DNA from: Verrucomicrobiia bacterium
GTDB lineage: Bacteria; Verrucomicrobiota; Verrucomicrobiia; JABWAM01
Reading direction: 5' to 3'
Assembly: GCA_020849895.1 (NCBI GenBank)
Contig: JADZFN010000034.1
Span: 7,942 to 71,941 of the forward strand
DNA length: 64,000 nucleotides
A program made the translations under genes and the position numbers. Of this stretch, positions 1 through 8,937 are shown piece after piece. Numbering within the stretch: the first letter of the stretch is position 1; the number at the start of each line of letters is the position of its first letter. Below the pieces are notes generated by a model. It worked only from the letters and a program-made list of their open reading frames with translations, had not been told where the DNA came from and searched no databases.

Positions 1-824
1 CGCAACAGGGCGTGCAACTCGCGCCACGAAGCGTGCGCCACCGTTCGTTCGAGCGTTCGCAACTCTTCGATCAACAGGCCGATCCCTCGGCGGATCTCTT
101 TCCGATTCGTCTTCGCAATCCCCGCCCACATCTCGGGCGCTCCGGCGGCGATCCGCGTCATGTCGCGAAACCCGTTGCCCACGCCGCCGAGCGCCGCAGG
201 CTCCCTCCGCCCCACCAGATTCACGAGCGCCGCCGCCGTCAGATGCGGCACATGGCTGATCAGCGCCGCCACGGCATCGTGCCGCGCCGGTGAGAGCGCC
301 GTGACGCGTCCGCCCAACGCTTCCCAAAACGCAATCAGTTTCGCCACAGCCGCCGCTGACGAATCCGAGAGAGGCGTCACGAAGCACATCGCGTCCGCGA
401 AAAGATTGGCGTGCGCCGCGCGCAGGCCCACGCGCTCTCCGCCTGCCATCGGATGGCTTCCGATCCACGCGGCCTTGCCGCCGAGGACAGCGCCCACCCG
501 GCGCACCACGGAGCGCTTCGTGCTCCCCACATCGGTGACGAGCGCCCCGCGTTTCAGGCCGGGACGCAGCGCGCGCGCCACGGCGGGCATCGCCTCCACC
601 GTCATGCAGAGAACGATCAGATCGGCGTTGCGCACGGCGTCCGCCGGCGTGCGCGCCACCTCATGCGCGGCGCCCCGGGTCACCGCCTCGTGCGCCGCCT
701 CGGCACGGCGCCCCCAAACCACGATCCGTTTCGCCACGCGCCGCTGCCGCGCCGCGAGACCGATCGAACCGCCGAGCAGGCCGGGACCGAGGATCGCGAG
801 TCTCTGGATGAGCGGCGTTTTCAT
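1..824 (-). CDS. tyrA: prephenate/arogenate dehydrogenase (TyrA family); C-terminus runs off the window
   Basis: My own reverse-strand translation from ATG 824 gives MKTPLIQRLAILGPGLLGGSIGLAAR (GxGxxG), later GSHPMAG, SHVPHL and GFRDMTRIA..PEMW motifs typical of prephenate dehydrogenases. The frame is open to base 1. It is absent from the track because it has no stop in the window. Confidence 0.8.
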   Translation of the reverse strand, partial: MKTPLIQRLAILGPGLLGGSIGLAARQRRVAKRIVVWGRRAEAAHEAVTRGAAHEVARTPADAVRNADLIVLCMTVEAMPAVARALRPGLKRGALVTDVGSTKRSVVRRVGAVLGGKAAWIGSHPMAGGERVGLRAAHANLFADAMCFVTPLSDSSAAAVAKLIAFWEALGGRVTALSPARHDAVAALISHVPHLTAAALVNLVGRREPAALGGVGNGFRDMTRIAAGAPEMWAGIAKTNRKEIRRGIGLLIEELRTLERTVAHASWRELHALL

Positions 825-1132
825 GGCGCGCAGCGCGAGCCTAGCCCGGATCGGCCCCAATGCCACAGCGAATCTCCGCTGTTTTTTGGCTTGCGGCACG
901 AAGAAATTCCGCCTAGCTTGGCATTGTCGCTGAAGCCGGAATCCCGTTGCGTCGGGTGAGGTTTGCCGAAAGTCGCATCCCCCGGGCGCTCGTGGAGGGT
1001 TCGCTAGGCCGCGTTCTGACCGCGGGGATTTCGGATGGCGCAAGGGCTGGTTTTGAAATCTTGGGCGCGAGACCCGCGGCCACGATCGAGGCCCAATGGC
1101 CGAGGCAGCCCAAGGAACAACCCTATCCGACC

Positions 1133-2308
1133 ATGGACAACGAGGCTACGCAATCGAACGAAAAGAAGGACAACGCCGCGCCCGCAGCGGCTCCGAAGAA
1201 AGAATACCCTCTGACCCGGGGAATTTTGGAGCTTTCCGACAAAGGCTTCGGCTTCCTTCGCCAGGAAGAGAAGAACTATCAGCCGTCTCGCGACGACGTG
1301 TTTGTGAACCCCAACGTGGTGCGCGAGCTCGGTCTGCGCGAAGGCCTTTTCCTCGAGGGCGACATGGTCCCCACCAACCGCGGAGGCTACGAAGTCCTCA
1401 ACATCAGCAAGATCAACGGACAGAAGACGGAAAAATACAAGAAGGTCCCCGTCTTTTCCGCGCTGACGGTCATTGATCCGATCGAACCGCTTCACCTCGA
1501 GACCGAGGCGACCACCGTCTCCACCCGGGCGCTCGACCTGTTTTGTCCGGTCGGCAAAGGCACGCGCGGCCTCATCGTCTCGCCGCCCCGCGCAGGCAAG
1601 ACCGTGCTCCTCAAACAGATCGCCAACTCCATCAGCGCGAATCATCCCGAAGTGGAGTTGATGATCATGCTCGTGGACGAGCGCCCCGAGGAGGTCACCG
1701 ACTTCCAGCGCTCCACCAAGGGGCAGGTCTTCGCATCCTCCAACGACGAGGAGCTCAAAAATCATGTGCGCATCCCGAAGCTCGTCAGCGAAATCGCCAA
1801 GCGCAAGGTCGAGTTTGGCAAGGATGTCGTGATCCTGATGGACTCGCTCACCCGTGTGGCGCGCGCCTTTAACAACTACATGAGCAACAGCGGGCGCACG
1901 ATGTCGGGCGGCATTGATGCGCGCGCGATGGAAACCCCGCGGAAGATCTTCGCCGCCGCGCGCAATACCGAGGAAGGCGGCAGCCTGACCATTCTGGCGA
2001 CCATCCTCGTGGACACGGGTTCCCGCATGGACGAACTCATCTTCCAGGAGTTCAAGGGCACAGGAAACATGGAACTCGTTCTCGACCGCGGAATGGCCGA
2101 GCGACGCATCTTCCCCGCCATTGATCTCTACAAATCCGGGACGCGCAAGGAGGAGAAGCTGCTCCCCGCCGACGTGCTCGCCAAGGTGCATCTCCTCCGC
2201 CGCGAGCTCGCGGGGCGCAACCCCATCGAGGCCACCGAAAGCATCGTCCGCGCCATGGGCAAGACGAAGTCGAACCGCGAACTGCTCGACATGCTGGCGA
2301 AGGCGTAG
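1133..2308 (+). CDS. rho: transcription termination factor Rho
   Basis: Track ORF 947..2308 trimmed to ATG 1133 (MDNEATQ...). Contains the GFGFLR RNA-binding motif, Walker A PRAGKT and a typical Rho ATPase core. The 62 upstream codons do not look protein-like. Confidence 0.92.
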   Translation: MDNEATQSNEKKDNAAPAAAPKKEYPLTRGILELSDKGFGFLRQEEKNYQPSRDDVFVNPNVVRELGLREGLFLEGDMVPTNRGGYEVLNISKINGQKTEKYKKVPVFSALTVIDPIEPLHLETEATTVSTRALDLFCPVGKGTRGLIVSPPRAGKTVLLKQIANSISANHPEVELMIMLVDERPEEVTDFQRSTKGQVFASSNDEELKNHVRIPKLVSEIAKRKVEFGKDVVILMDSLTRVARAFNNYMSNSGRTMSGGIDARAMETPRKIFAAARNTEEGGSLTILATILVDTGSRMDELIFQEFKGTGNMELVLDRGMAERRIFPAIDLYKSGTRKEEKLLPADVLAKVHLLRRELAGRNPIEATESIVRAMGKTKSNRELLDMLAKA

Positions 2309-2350
2309 GAAAGAAACTCGAAGGGCGAAGCACGAAGTCGGAAGACGGAA

Positions 2351-3565
2351 TTAAGCCGCGGGTTCCGGTGCGGCGCATGGGGCGCGCCGTTTCAGGGTTT
2401 CGAGGTCCACTTCCCGGCCGTCCACCATGGCCCAAGCCACCGGCCCTTGATGCGCGAGGAGGACGTCCCAGACGCCTGAGGGCCGCGTCGCGGAACACGG
2501 AATCGCGATCCAATCCTTCCACCTCTTCCAGGCTGCGCCTGCGCCGAGGGCTTTTGCAGCGTCGAGAGTCGCCATCGCCACGATCTCGCGAGGGTGCCGC
2601 GCGGGATGCGCGTCGGCGAACGCGCGCATCTCGGCGAACATCGAGAGGTCATCGTTCGAGGCGAGGCTGTCCGTTCCCAGCGCCACCGGCACCCCCGCTT
2701 GCCGCAGCGCGCGCAGAGGGAACGCGGGATGCCCGAGTGTCCGCGTGGAACGCGGGCAGTGCGCGACGGCCAGCGAAACGCCTCGGCGCGCCGCCGCACC
2801 GAGGCGTTTCACGTCGGCGCGGTCGAGGCAGTTCGCATGCGTGAGGACCGCCGGCGCACGGGAGACGGCGATCTCGTCCCACACCGCGGCCAGCGGGGTG
2901 CGCCCGTCGCAATCCGACAGCGGCCGACCGACGCGCCGCATGAAATCGTAGAGGGCGCCGCGCGCTTCGCGAAACATGCGCCATTCGTCTGACGACTCGG
3001 CCACGTGAAGGCTCCATGGCGTGCGAGCGCGCGCACTCCAACGCGCCGCCGCACGCACGACCTCCCGCGCGCAGGTGTAGGGAGCGTGCGGAGCGACGCC
3101 CCCGCGCCATAAGGCCCGACGCGCGCGCACCTCGCGACGCCATGCGTCCCACGACTCCCGATCCGCCTTCGCGTCCGGCCGATACGCGATCTGTTCCCAA
3201 AGCCACCAGACGCGCATCGGCGGGGCGCCGGCGGCGGGGAGCGCCTCGGGGAGGCAGATCCAGTTGAGCATCGCCGTGGTCCCGAACGCAAGGGCTTCGC
3301 GCAGACCCTCCAGGATCGCCTCGCGATAGTCGGCCGCGCGCCATGGCGCCTTCGCTCGCCCAAGGGCCTCGATCCAGCGCGCGAAATTTGGCGCCCGGGG
3401 AATCCGCCCACGCAACGTCGTGTAATCGAGATGGCAATGCGTATTGACGAGTCCGGGCATCAGGAGGACTTCGCCCAGATCGCGCTTCCCCCGCCGCGAA
3501 GCTGCCCGCCCCTCTTGACGCAGGCGGAGTTCGCGGTCGAGGATCCAACGGGCGCGCGGGATCAT
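2351..3565 (-). CDS. amidohydrolase-superfamily protein (chlorohydrolase/deaminase-like)
   Basis: Contains LMPGLVNTHCHLDYT, the HxH metal-binding signature of amidohydrolases, plus later H and D ligand-like positions. The substrate cannot be inferred from sequence alone. Confidence 0.7.
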   Translation of the reverse strand: MIPRARWILDRELRLRQEGRAASRRGKRDLGEVLLMPGLVNTHCHLDYTTLRGRIPRAPNFARWIEALGRAKAPWRAADYREAILEGLREALAFGTTAMLNWICLPEALPAAGAPPMRVWWLWEQIAYRPDAKADRESWDAWRREVRARRALWRGGVAPHAPYTCAREVVRAAARWSARARTPWSLHVAESSDEWRMFREARGALYDFMRRVGRPLSDCDGRTPLAAVWDEIAVSRAPAVLTHANCLDRADVKRLGAAARRGVSLAVAHCPRSTRTLGHPAFPLRALRQAGVPVALGTDSLASNDDLSMFAEMRAFADAHPARHPREIVAMATLDAAKALGAGAAWKRWKDWIAIPCSATRPSGVWDVLLAHQGPVAWAMVDGREVDLETLKRRAPCAAPEPAA

Positions 3566-3643
3566 CGCGCCGTCCTCTTCACGAGAAGCATCCGCCTGCG
3601 CGGACCGGCTCCTCGCGTGGGAGGCATCGCGGCGCTCGCGGCG

Positions 3644-4069
3644 TCAGGCAGCCGCCGGTTTCGCCTGGTCGGCGGGCTTCTCGGATTTCGGCGCAGCGTC
3701 CGCCGCGGGCGCCTGATCGGTCCATTCGAGAATCGCCATGTCGGCGGCGTCGCCGATGCGGCGCACGGCCAGCTTCAGGACGCGGGTATAGCCCCCGTTG
3801 CGCTGGGCGCAACGCGGAGCGACCTCGCCGAAGAGTTTGCTCACAGCCCCTTTCTGCCGGAGCCGCGAGATCGCGAGCCGCCGCGAATGGAGGTCGCCTG
3901 CCTTGCCGAGGGTGATCATCCGGTCGGCGAGCGCGCTCGCGGCGCGTGCCTTCCGGCGAGTGGTCCGGACCTGCCCTTTGAGGATGAGGCTACAGACCAA
4001 GTTGGCGAGCATCTGCTCGCGGTGCGGTTTGGTCCGCCCCAGCTTGAGGGTTTTGTTGCGATGTCGCAT
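3644..4069 (-). CDS. rplQ: 50S ribosomal protein L17
   Basis: Starts MRHRNKTLKLGRTKPHREQMLANL..., follows rpoA, and has an Ala/Pro/Lys-rich C-terminal tail. Confidence 0.95.
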   Translation of the reverse strand: MRHRNKTLKLGRTKPHREQMLANLVCSLILKGQVRTTRRKARAASALADRMITLGKAGDLHSRRLAISRLRQKGAVSKLFGEVAPRCAQRNGGYTRVLKLAVRRIGDAADMAILEWTDQAPAADAAPKSEKPADQAKPAAA

Positions 4070-4096
4070 GGGAAACGCTCCTTGCGGAGAGGAGGA

Positions 4097-5176
4097 TCAA
4101 TCCTCCTGCTCCTGCTTCGTCACCGCCTCTTTCTCCGCCTCCCCTTCGTCTTCCCCTTCCGCCGCCGCAGGCGGCGGCTCTTCCTTGAGAGGCTCCAGCA
4201 GGGCCGCCTCGAACTTCATGCCGAGAGAGAGGCCGAGGTTCGCGAGCTTGTCCTTGATCTCGTTGAGCGACTTCTTGCCGAAGTTGCGGTACTTGAGCAT
4301 CTCCGGTTCGGACTTCTGCGCGAGCTGGCCGACGGTAAGGATGTTCGCGTTGTTGAGGCAGTTCGCTGCGCGGACCGAGAGCTCGATCTCGTTCACGCTC
4401 ATGCTCAGCAGCTTGCGCATCCGCGCCTGCTCCTCGTTGATCTCCTGCTTTGCCGCCTCGAACTCGACCTTCTCCTTGTCGTAGTTCACGTACACATCGA
4501 GGTGATGGCGGAGGATGGCCGAGGCGTGGAGGAGGGCGTCGTCCGGTGTGATGCGCCCGTCGGTCCAAATCTCGATTTCCAGCTTGTCGTAATCCGTGCG
4601 CTGCCCGACGCGGGTGTTGGAAACCGCATAGCGCACCTTGCGCACAGGCGAGAAAATGGCATCGATCGGAATCACTCCGATGGACTGCTCCTTCTTTTTG
4701 TTGTCCTCGGCGGTGGCGTAACCGCGACCGACGCGAACCTCGAATTCCGCCTCGAACTTCAACTTCTTGTCGAGGGTCGCGATCACGTGATCGGGATTGA
4801 CCACTTCGAGGTTTTGATCCGCCTGGATGTCGCCGGCGGTCACCTTCCCCTCCTTATTCACCGAAAGCGTGTAGTTGCGCGGCGTGCGGTCCCGCATCCG
4901 AAGCAGGACCTTCTTGAGGTTCAACACAATCTCGGTCACGTCTTCCTTCACGCCTGGAAGAGACGTGAACTCGTGATCGGCGTGCCCGATCCTGATCGAG
5001 GTGATCGCCGCTCCCTCGATGGACGAGAGCAGGGCGCGGCGCAAGGCGTTGCCGAGGGTGTGCCCGTAGCCGCCCTCGAAGGGTTCGGCGACGAACTTTG
5101 CATAGGACGGGGTGGCGGTGGCCTCGTCGCGGACCAGCCGCGAGGGCATTTCGAAACGACCAAGTTGAATGGCCAT
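4097..5176 (-). CDS. rpoA: DNA-directed RNA polymerase subunit alpha
   Basis: Track ORF 4097..5227 trimmed to ATG 5176 (MAIQLGRFEMPSRL...). Contains the alpha CTD motif ELSVRAANCLNNANI and an acidic C-terminal tail. Confidence 0.95.
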   Translation of the reverse strand: MAIQLGRFEMPSRLVRDEATATPSYAKFVAEPFEGGYGHTLGNALRRALLSSIEGAAITSIRIGHADHEFTSLPGVKEDVTEIVLNLKKVLLRMRDRTPRNYTLSVNKEGKVTAGDIQADQNLEVVNPDHVIATLDKKLKFEAEFEVRVGRGYATAEDNKKKEQSIGVIPIDAIFSPVRKVRYAVSNTRVGQRTDYDKLEIEIWTDGRITPDDALLHASAILRHHLDVYVNYDKEKVEFEAAKQEINEEQARMRKLLSMSVNEIELSVRAANCLNNANILTVGQLAQKSEPEMLKYRNFGKKSLNEIKDKLANLGLSLGMKFEAALLEPLKEEPPPAAAEGEDEGEAEKEAVTKQEQED

Positions 5177-5335
5177 GAGGTGAACTCCTTTTCGGCGCTG
5201 CCGCGGCCGTCTGGCGGCCGTCGGCAAAACGCCAACGATTTTAATCTAGCCGGTAAGGCTCATTTATTCGTTGTCGCCCGCGTGAGGTTCGGGCCGCGCA
5301 GCGGGGGCGAATGACGCCGCGCGGCAAAAAGGGGG

Positions 5336-5950
5336 TTAGCGGGAGTAAAGCTCGACCACGAGCCGTTCGTTCACGATCGGCGCGATCTCGTCGCGGGTCG
5401 GGATGCGCTTCACTTCGCCCCGCGCGGCTTCACGGTCCACGTTCAGCCAATCGGGCGGAGGCGTCATTTGTGTCGCTTCCAAATTCTTTTGCGCGAGCGT
5501 CTTTGCCTTTGCGCGCTCCGCCACTTCCACCACGTCGCCCACCTTCAGGACGCACGACGGCGAAGTGACCTTGCGCCCGTTCACCTTCAGGTGGCCGTGC
5601 ACCACCATCTGCCGCGCAAAGGGGCGCGAGGTGGCGAAGCCGAGGCGGAAGGCGACGTTGTCGAGACGGGTCTCGAGCAGTTGCAAGAGGGTTTCCCCGG
5701 TGACACCGCGGCGGCGCAGGGCCTTGCGGAAGGTGTGCCGGAATTGGCGTTCGTAAAGCCCGTACATGTAGCGGAGCTTCTGTTTCTCCGAGAGCGCCAA
5801 GCCGTAGTCGGACAGCTTTCGGCGGTTTTTGGGGCCGTGCATGCCCGGAGGATGCGGCTTGCGCTCCAAAACCTTCGCGCCCGAGGCGCCGAAGAGTTGC
5901 GCGTTGTGCCGCCGTGAAACCTTGAGTTTTGGACCGGTGTATCTGCCCAT
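5336..5950 (-). CDS. rpsD: 30S ribosomal protein S4
   Basis: Track ORF 5336..6157 trimmed to ATG 5950 (MGRYTGPKLKVSRR...). Confidence 0.95.
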   Translation of the reverse strand: MGRYTGPKLKVSRRHNAQLFGASGAKVLERKPHPPGMHGPKNRRKLSDYGLALSEKQKLRYMYGLYERQFRHTFRKALRRRGVTGETLLQLLETRLDNVAFRLGFATSRPFARQMVVHGHLKVNGRKVTSPSCVLKVGDVVEVAERAKAKTLAQKNLEATQMTPPPDWLNVDREAARGEVKRIPTRDEIAPIVNERLVVELYSR

Positions 5951-5973
5951 GGAAGCGAAGGGTGTAGGGTGAA

Positions 5974-6591
5974 TCAGACGCGGCGCGCCTTGCGGGGGCG
6001 GCAGCCGTTGTGAGGCATCGGGGTCACGTCGCGAATCGCGCTCACCTCGAGCCCGACGGCCTGGAGGGCGCGCACCGCGGATTCGCGTCCGAGGCCGGGG
6101 CCGCTGAGCAGCACCTCCACTTCGCGCATCCCGTGGGACATCGCCTGTCGCGCGCAATCCTGCGCGGCCATCTGGGCGGCGTACGCCGTGCTCTTGCGCG
6201 ACCCCTTGAAACCGGCGCGGCCGGCGCTCGACCAGGCGATGACGTTGCCGCGAGAATCGGTGATCGCAACGATCGTGTTGTTGAAGGTGGCGCGGATGCG
6301 CGCGAACCCGGCGGCGATGTTCTTGGCGCCCTTGGCCTTGACGATCTTGGCCTTCGGCTGCTCGGCGAGAGGGTCGGCGAGGATCGCAGCGGCCGCATCG
6401 GCCGCGGGCGCGCCTCCCGCCTCCGCAGGCGCAGCGGCGGTCTTGGCAGGGCGCTTGCCCTTACGAGGCGTCTTCGGAGCGGCCGCCGCTTGGGCGGATT
6501 TCTCCGCGGCGGCCTCCGGTTTCGCAGGGTTCTCCACCGGCGCGTCGGACGCGGCGGCGGCATGAGACGGTTTCTTTTCCTGTTCAGACAT
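5974..6591 (-). CDS. rpsK: 30S ribosomal protein S11 with a low-complexity N-terminal extension
   Basis: The C-terminal ~125 aa are canonical uS11 ([17 protein letters not shown]...GFKGSRKST...[13 protein letters not shown]). The first ~75 aa are Ala/Pro/Lys-rich. Confidence 0.93.
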   Translation of the reverse strand: MSEQEKKPSHAAAASDAPVENPAKPEAAAEKSAQAAAAPKTPRKGKRPAKTAAAPAEAGGAPAADAAAAILADPLAEQPKAKIVKAKGAKNIAAGFARIRATFNNTIVAITDSRGNVIAWSSAGRAGFKGSRKSTAYAAQMAAQDCARQAMSHGMREVEVLLSGPGLGRESAVRALQAVGLEVSAIRDVTPMPHNGCRPRKARRV

Positions 6592-6625
6592 GGGTCGGTA
6601 AGCTCCTCGGTTTCCGAGCGCGGCG

Positions 6626-7021
6626 TCAGACTTTGCCGGCCTTGGCGTCCTTATTGCGGATCACACCCACGGTCTTACGCGGGCCTTTGCGCGTGCGCGC
6701 GTTCGTGCCGGTGCGCTGACCGCGGACGGGAAGGCCGCGCTTGTGGCGCATCCCCCGGTACGATCCGATCGCCATCAGGCGCCGGATGTTCTGCTGGATC
6801 TCGCGGCGCAGGTCCCCTTCCACCACCAGCTTGCTCTCGGCGATCGCGTGGCTGATGCGGTTGAGCTGCTCGGGGGTCAGGGTCTTGGCCCTCAGATTGG
6901 GATCGATTTCGGCCTTGACGAGGATTTCCCGCGCGCGCGCGGGCCCGATCCCGTAAATATACGGCAGCGAGGCTTCGATCCGTTTGTCTTCCGGTATGTC
7001 TACTCCGAGGAGGCGCGGCAT
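6626..7021 (-). CDS. rpsM: 30S ribosomal protein S13
   Basis: Track ORF 6626..7069 trimmed to ATG 7021 ([16 protein letters not shown]...). Confidence 0.95.
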   Translation of the reverse strand: MPRLLGVDIPEDKRIEASLPYIYGIGPARAREILVKAEIDPNLRAKTLTPEQLNRISHAIAESKLVVEGDLRREIQQNIRRLMAIGSYRGMRHKRGLPVRGQRTGTNARTRKGPRKTVGVIRNKDAKAGKV

Positions 7022-7025
7022 GGCA

Positions 7026-7139
7026 TCATCCCTGTCGTTGTTTGTGGCGGGGGTCCGTGCAAATGACACGGATCACTCCCTTGCGGCGCACGATCTTGCA
7101 CCGCTCGCAAAGTCGTTTGACGGAAGCTCGCACTTTCAT
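7026..7139 (-). CDS. rpmJ: 50S ribosomal protein L36
   Basis: Too short for the track. My own translation is [37 protein letters not shown], with a CxxC..C..H zinc motif. Its ATG overlaps the infA stop (ATGA). Confidence 0.9.
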   Translation of the reverse strand: MKVRASVKRLCERCKIVRRKGVIRVICTDPRHKQRQG

Positions 7140-7369
7140 GGCATGAGGACCGCCGCATCCGGGCGGCTGAGAATTCGTCCAGTGGAAAGATCGTAAGGCG
7201 ACATTTCGATGTTCACGCGTTCGCCGGGAAGGAATCGAACAAGGTTCGCGCGTTTCTTCCCAGAAACATGGGCGAGCACCACATGGCCGTTCGGCAGGCG
7301 CACGCGACAGGTCGCGTTCGGCAGCGATTCCGCCACCGCGCCTTCGATCCGTATGGGGTCTTCCTTCAT
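7136..7369 (-). CDS. infA: translation initiation factor IF-1
   Basis: Starts [38 protein letters not shown]..., an S1-like fold sequence. Sits between map and rpmJ. Confidence 0.93.
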   Translation of the reverse strand: MKEDPIRIEGAVAESLPNATCRVRLPNGHVVLAHVSGKKRANLVRFLPGERVNIEMSPYDLSTGRILSRPDAAVLMP

Positions 7370-7418
7370 GATGATGTCGCGTGGATGTCGTCTCCCGACG
7401 TGCGCCTCGAGCGCGCCG

Positions 7419-8216
7419 TCACGAGCGTCCTCCGTGTTTCAGTTTTCGTTGGATTTCCTCCGCCTTTCCTTCGGCCACCGTCAGGATTTCCGGCCCCTGA
7501 TCGGCGACCAGGACGGTGTGCTCGAAGTGTGCGGAGGGTTTTCCATCTCCGGTCACGGCCGTCCATCCGTCGTGCAGGACGCGGACTTCAGGCCCGCCGA
7601 GGTTGACCATCGGTTCGATGGCCAAGATCATTCCCGCCTTCAGCCGGGGCCCTTGTCCGGGGCGTCCGAAGTTCGGGATCTGAGGTTCCTCGTGCAGGCT
7701 CCGTCCGATCCCGTGCCCGACGAATTCGCGCACAACGGACAAGCCGTGTCGGGTGACGTGGCTCTCCACCGCATGCGAAACATCGGACAATCGCGCATCC
7801 GGGCGCGCCTTGTCAATAGCCAAGTAGAGAGATTCTTCGGTAACCTCCATGAGCCGCCGGGCCTCCGGCGCCGCCTCTCCCAACGCCACCGTGGTCGCCG
7901 TATCCCCCACCCATCCCTCGAACACCACACCGAGGTCGAGGCTCACGAGGTCCCCATATTGGACGCGTAGGTCCCGCGGAGTTCCGTGCACCACCTCCTC
8001 GTTCACCGAGACGCAGATGTTGCCGGGAAATTTTTTGTAGCCGAGGAACGCGCTCTTCGCTCCGCGCTCCCGGATCATTTCGCCCGCGCGGCGGTCAATT
8101 TCTCGGACCGAAAGGCCGGGTTCGATCCAGCGCGCGAGGGCTTCGAGCAGATTCGCAGCGAGCGCACAACTGCGTCGGAGCCCCTCGATCTCTCCGGGTG
8201 ATCGGATCGCGATCAC
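7419..8216 (-). CDS. map: type I methionine aminopeptidase
   Basis: This is the C-terminal 265 aa of track ORF 7419..8801. GTG at 8216 overlaps the adk stop (GTGA). Contains NEEVVHGTP...DLGVVFEGWVGD...VREFVGHGIG...LAIEPM...FEHT, the MetAP metal-site pattern. Confidence 0.9.
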   Translation of the reverse strand: MIAIRSPGEIEGLRRSCALAANLLEALARWIEPGLSVREIDRRAGEMIRERGAKSAFLGYKKFPGNICVSVNEEVVHGTPRDLRVQYGDLVSLDLGVVFEGWVGDTATTVALGEAAPEARRLMEVTEESLYLAIDKARPDARLSDVSHAVESHVTRHGLSVVREFVGHGIGRSLHEEPQIPNFGRPGQGPRLKAGMILAIEPMVNLGGPEVRVLHDGWTAVTGDGKPSAHFEHTVLVADQGPEILTVAEGKAEEIQRKLKHGGRS

Positions 8217-8881
8217 GCCGTCGTCGCCTCCCAAACCTTCGCGTAAAGCTCCTCGGCCGTCACGTCCGCATCCATCTCCGCGAAACCGCCATGCCGGCGA
8301 TAATACGCGACGAGGCGAGGCCCCCACTCGCCGTAGACCTTCCACCGCTCGCGGAGCACCTCCAGGTTGTCGTCCTTGCGTTTCTGAAGGGCGGCCCCAC
8401 AGACGTCGCAGACCCCGTCCTTTTTCGGCGGCATTCGCGTGGCGTGATAGACCCTTCCGCACGAAGGACATCCCAGGCGTCCGACGATCCGTTCCTCCAC
8501 GGCGGCGAGAGGGACGTCCAGATGAAGCACGAGATCGAGCCGGGAAGCGCGTTCGTGAAGGAGGCGGTCGAGGCTCTCGGCCTGCGCCACGGTGCGGGGA
8601 AACCCGTCGAAGACGAACCCCGGGGCGGCGTCCTTTCCGAGGTGCGCGGCGACCAGACGGAGCACAAGATCGTCCGACACGAGCCGTCCGCTCGCGGTGG
8701 AGGCGGCCGCCTCGCGGCCGAGGTCGGAACCTGCGGCGATTTCCGCGCGGAGCATGTCGCCGGTGGAAAGATGAGGGACTGCAAGCTTCTTCGCCAGCCA
8801 CGCGGCGGCGGTCCCTTTGCCCGAGCCGGGACCTCCGAGGAGGACGATGCGGCGCCGTTTTCCGGTGGGCTGGGCTTCCAT
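8213..8881 (-). CDS. adk: adenylate kinase (zinc-lid type)
   Basis: Contains the P-loop RIVLLGGPGSGKGT and the lid motif CPSCGRVYH...CDVCG. Confidence 0.95.
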   Translation of the reverse strand: MEAQPTGKRRRIVLLGGPGSGKGTAAAWLAKKLAVPHLSTGDMLRAEIAAGSDLGREAAASTASGRLVSDDLVLRLVAAHLGKDAAPGFVFDGFPRTVAQAESLDRLLHERASRLDLVLHLDVPLAAVEERIVGRLGCPSCGRVYHATRMPPKKDGVCDVCGAALQKRKDDNLEVLRERWKVYGEWGPRLVAYYRRHGGFAEMDADVTAEELYAKVWEATTA

Positions 8882-8937
8882 TTTTCAGCCGTGCTGCGCG
8901 CGCTCTCGTGCCGAAGGCTCTTCTCCGGAGATCGGCT

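Noticed and set aside
160-959. 257-aa and 182-aa plus-strand ORFs at the window start
   Set aside because: They lie opposite the tyrA-like gene, which has clear PDH motifs. Their composition is Arg/Ala/Pro-rich nonsense.
7419-8801. Reading the 460-aa track ORF as one protein
   Set aside because: Only the last 265 aa are MetAP. The first 195 aa are Arg/Gly/Pro-rich and overlap adk in another frame. GTG 8216, overlapping the adk stop, is the sensible start. The same logic was applied to the extended track ORFs for rpsD, rpsQ, rpmC, rplD, rplW, secY, tuf, thiC and the alpha, chaperone and HExxH genes.
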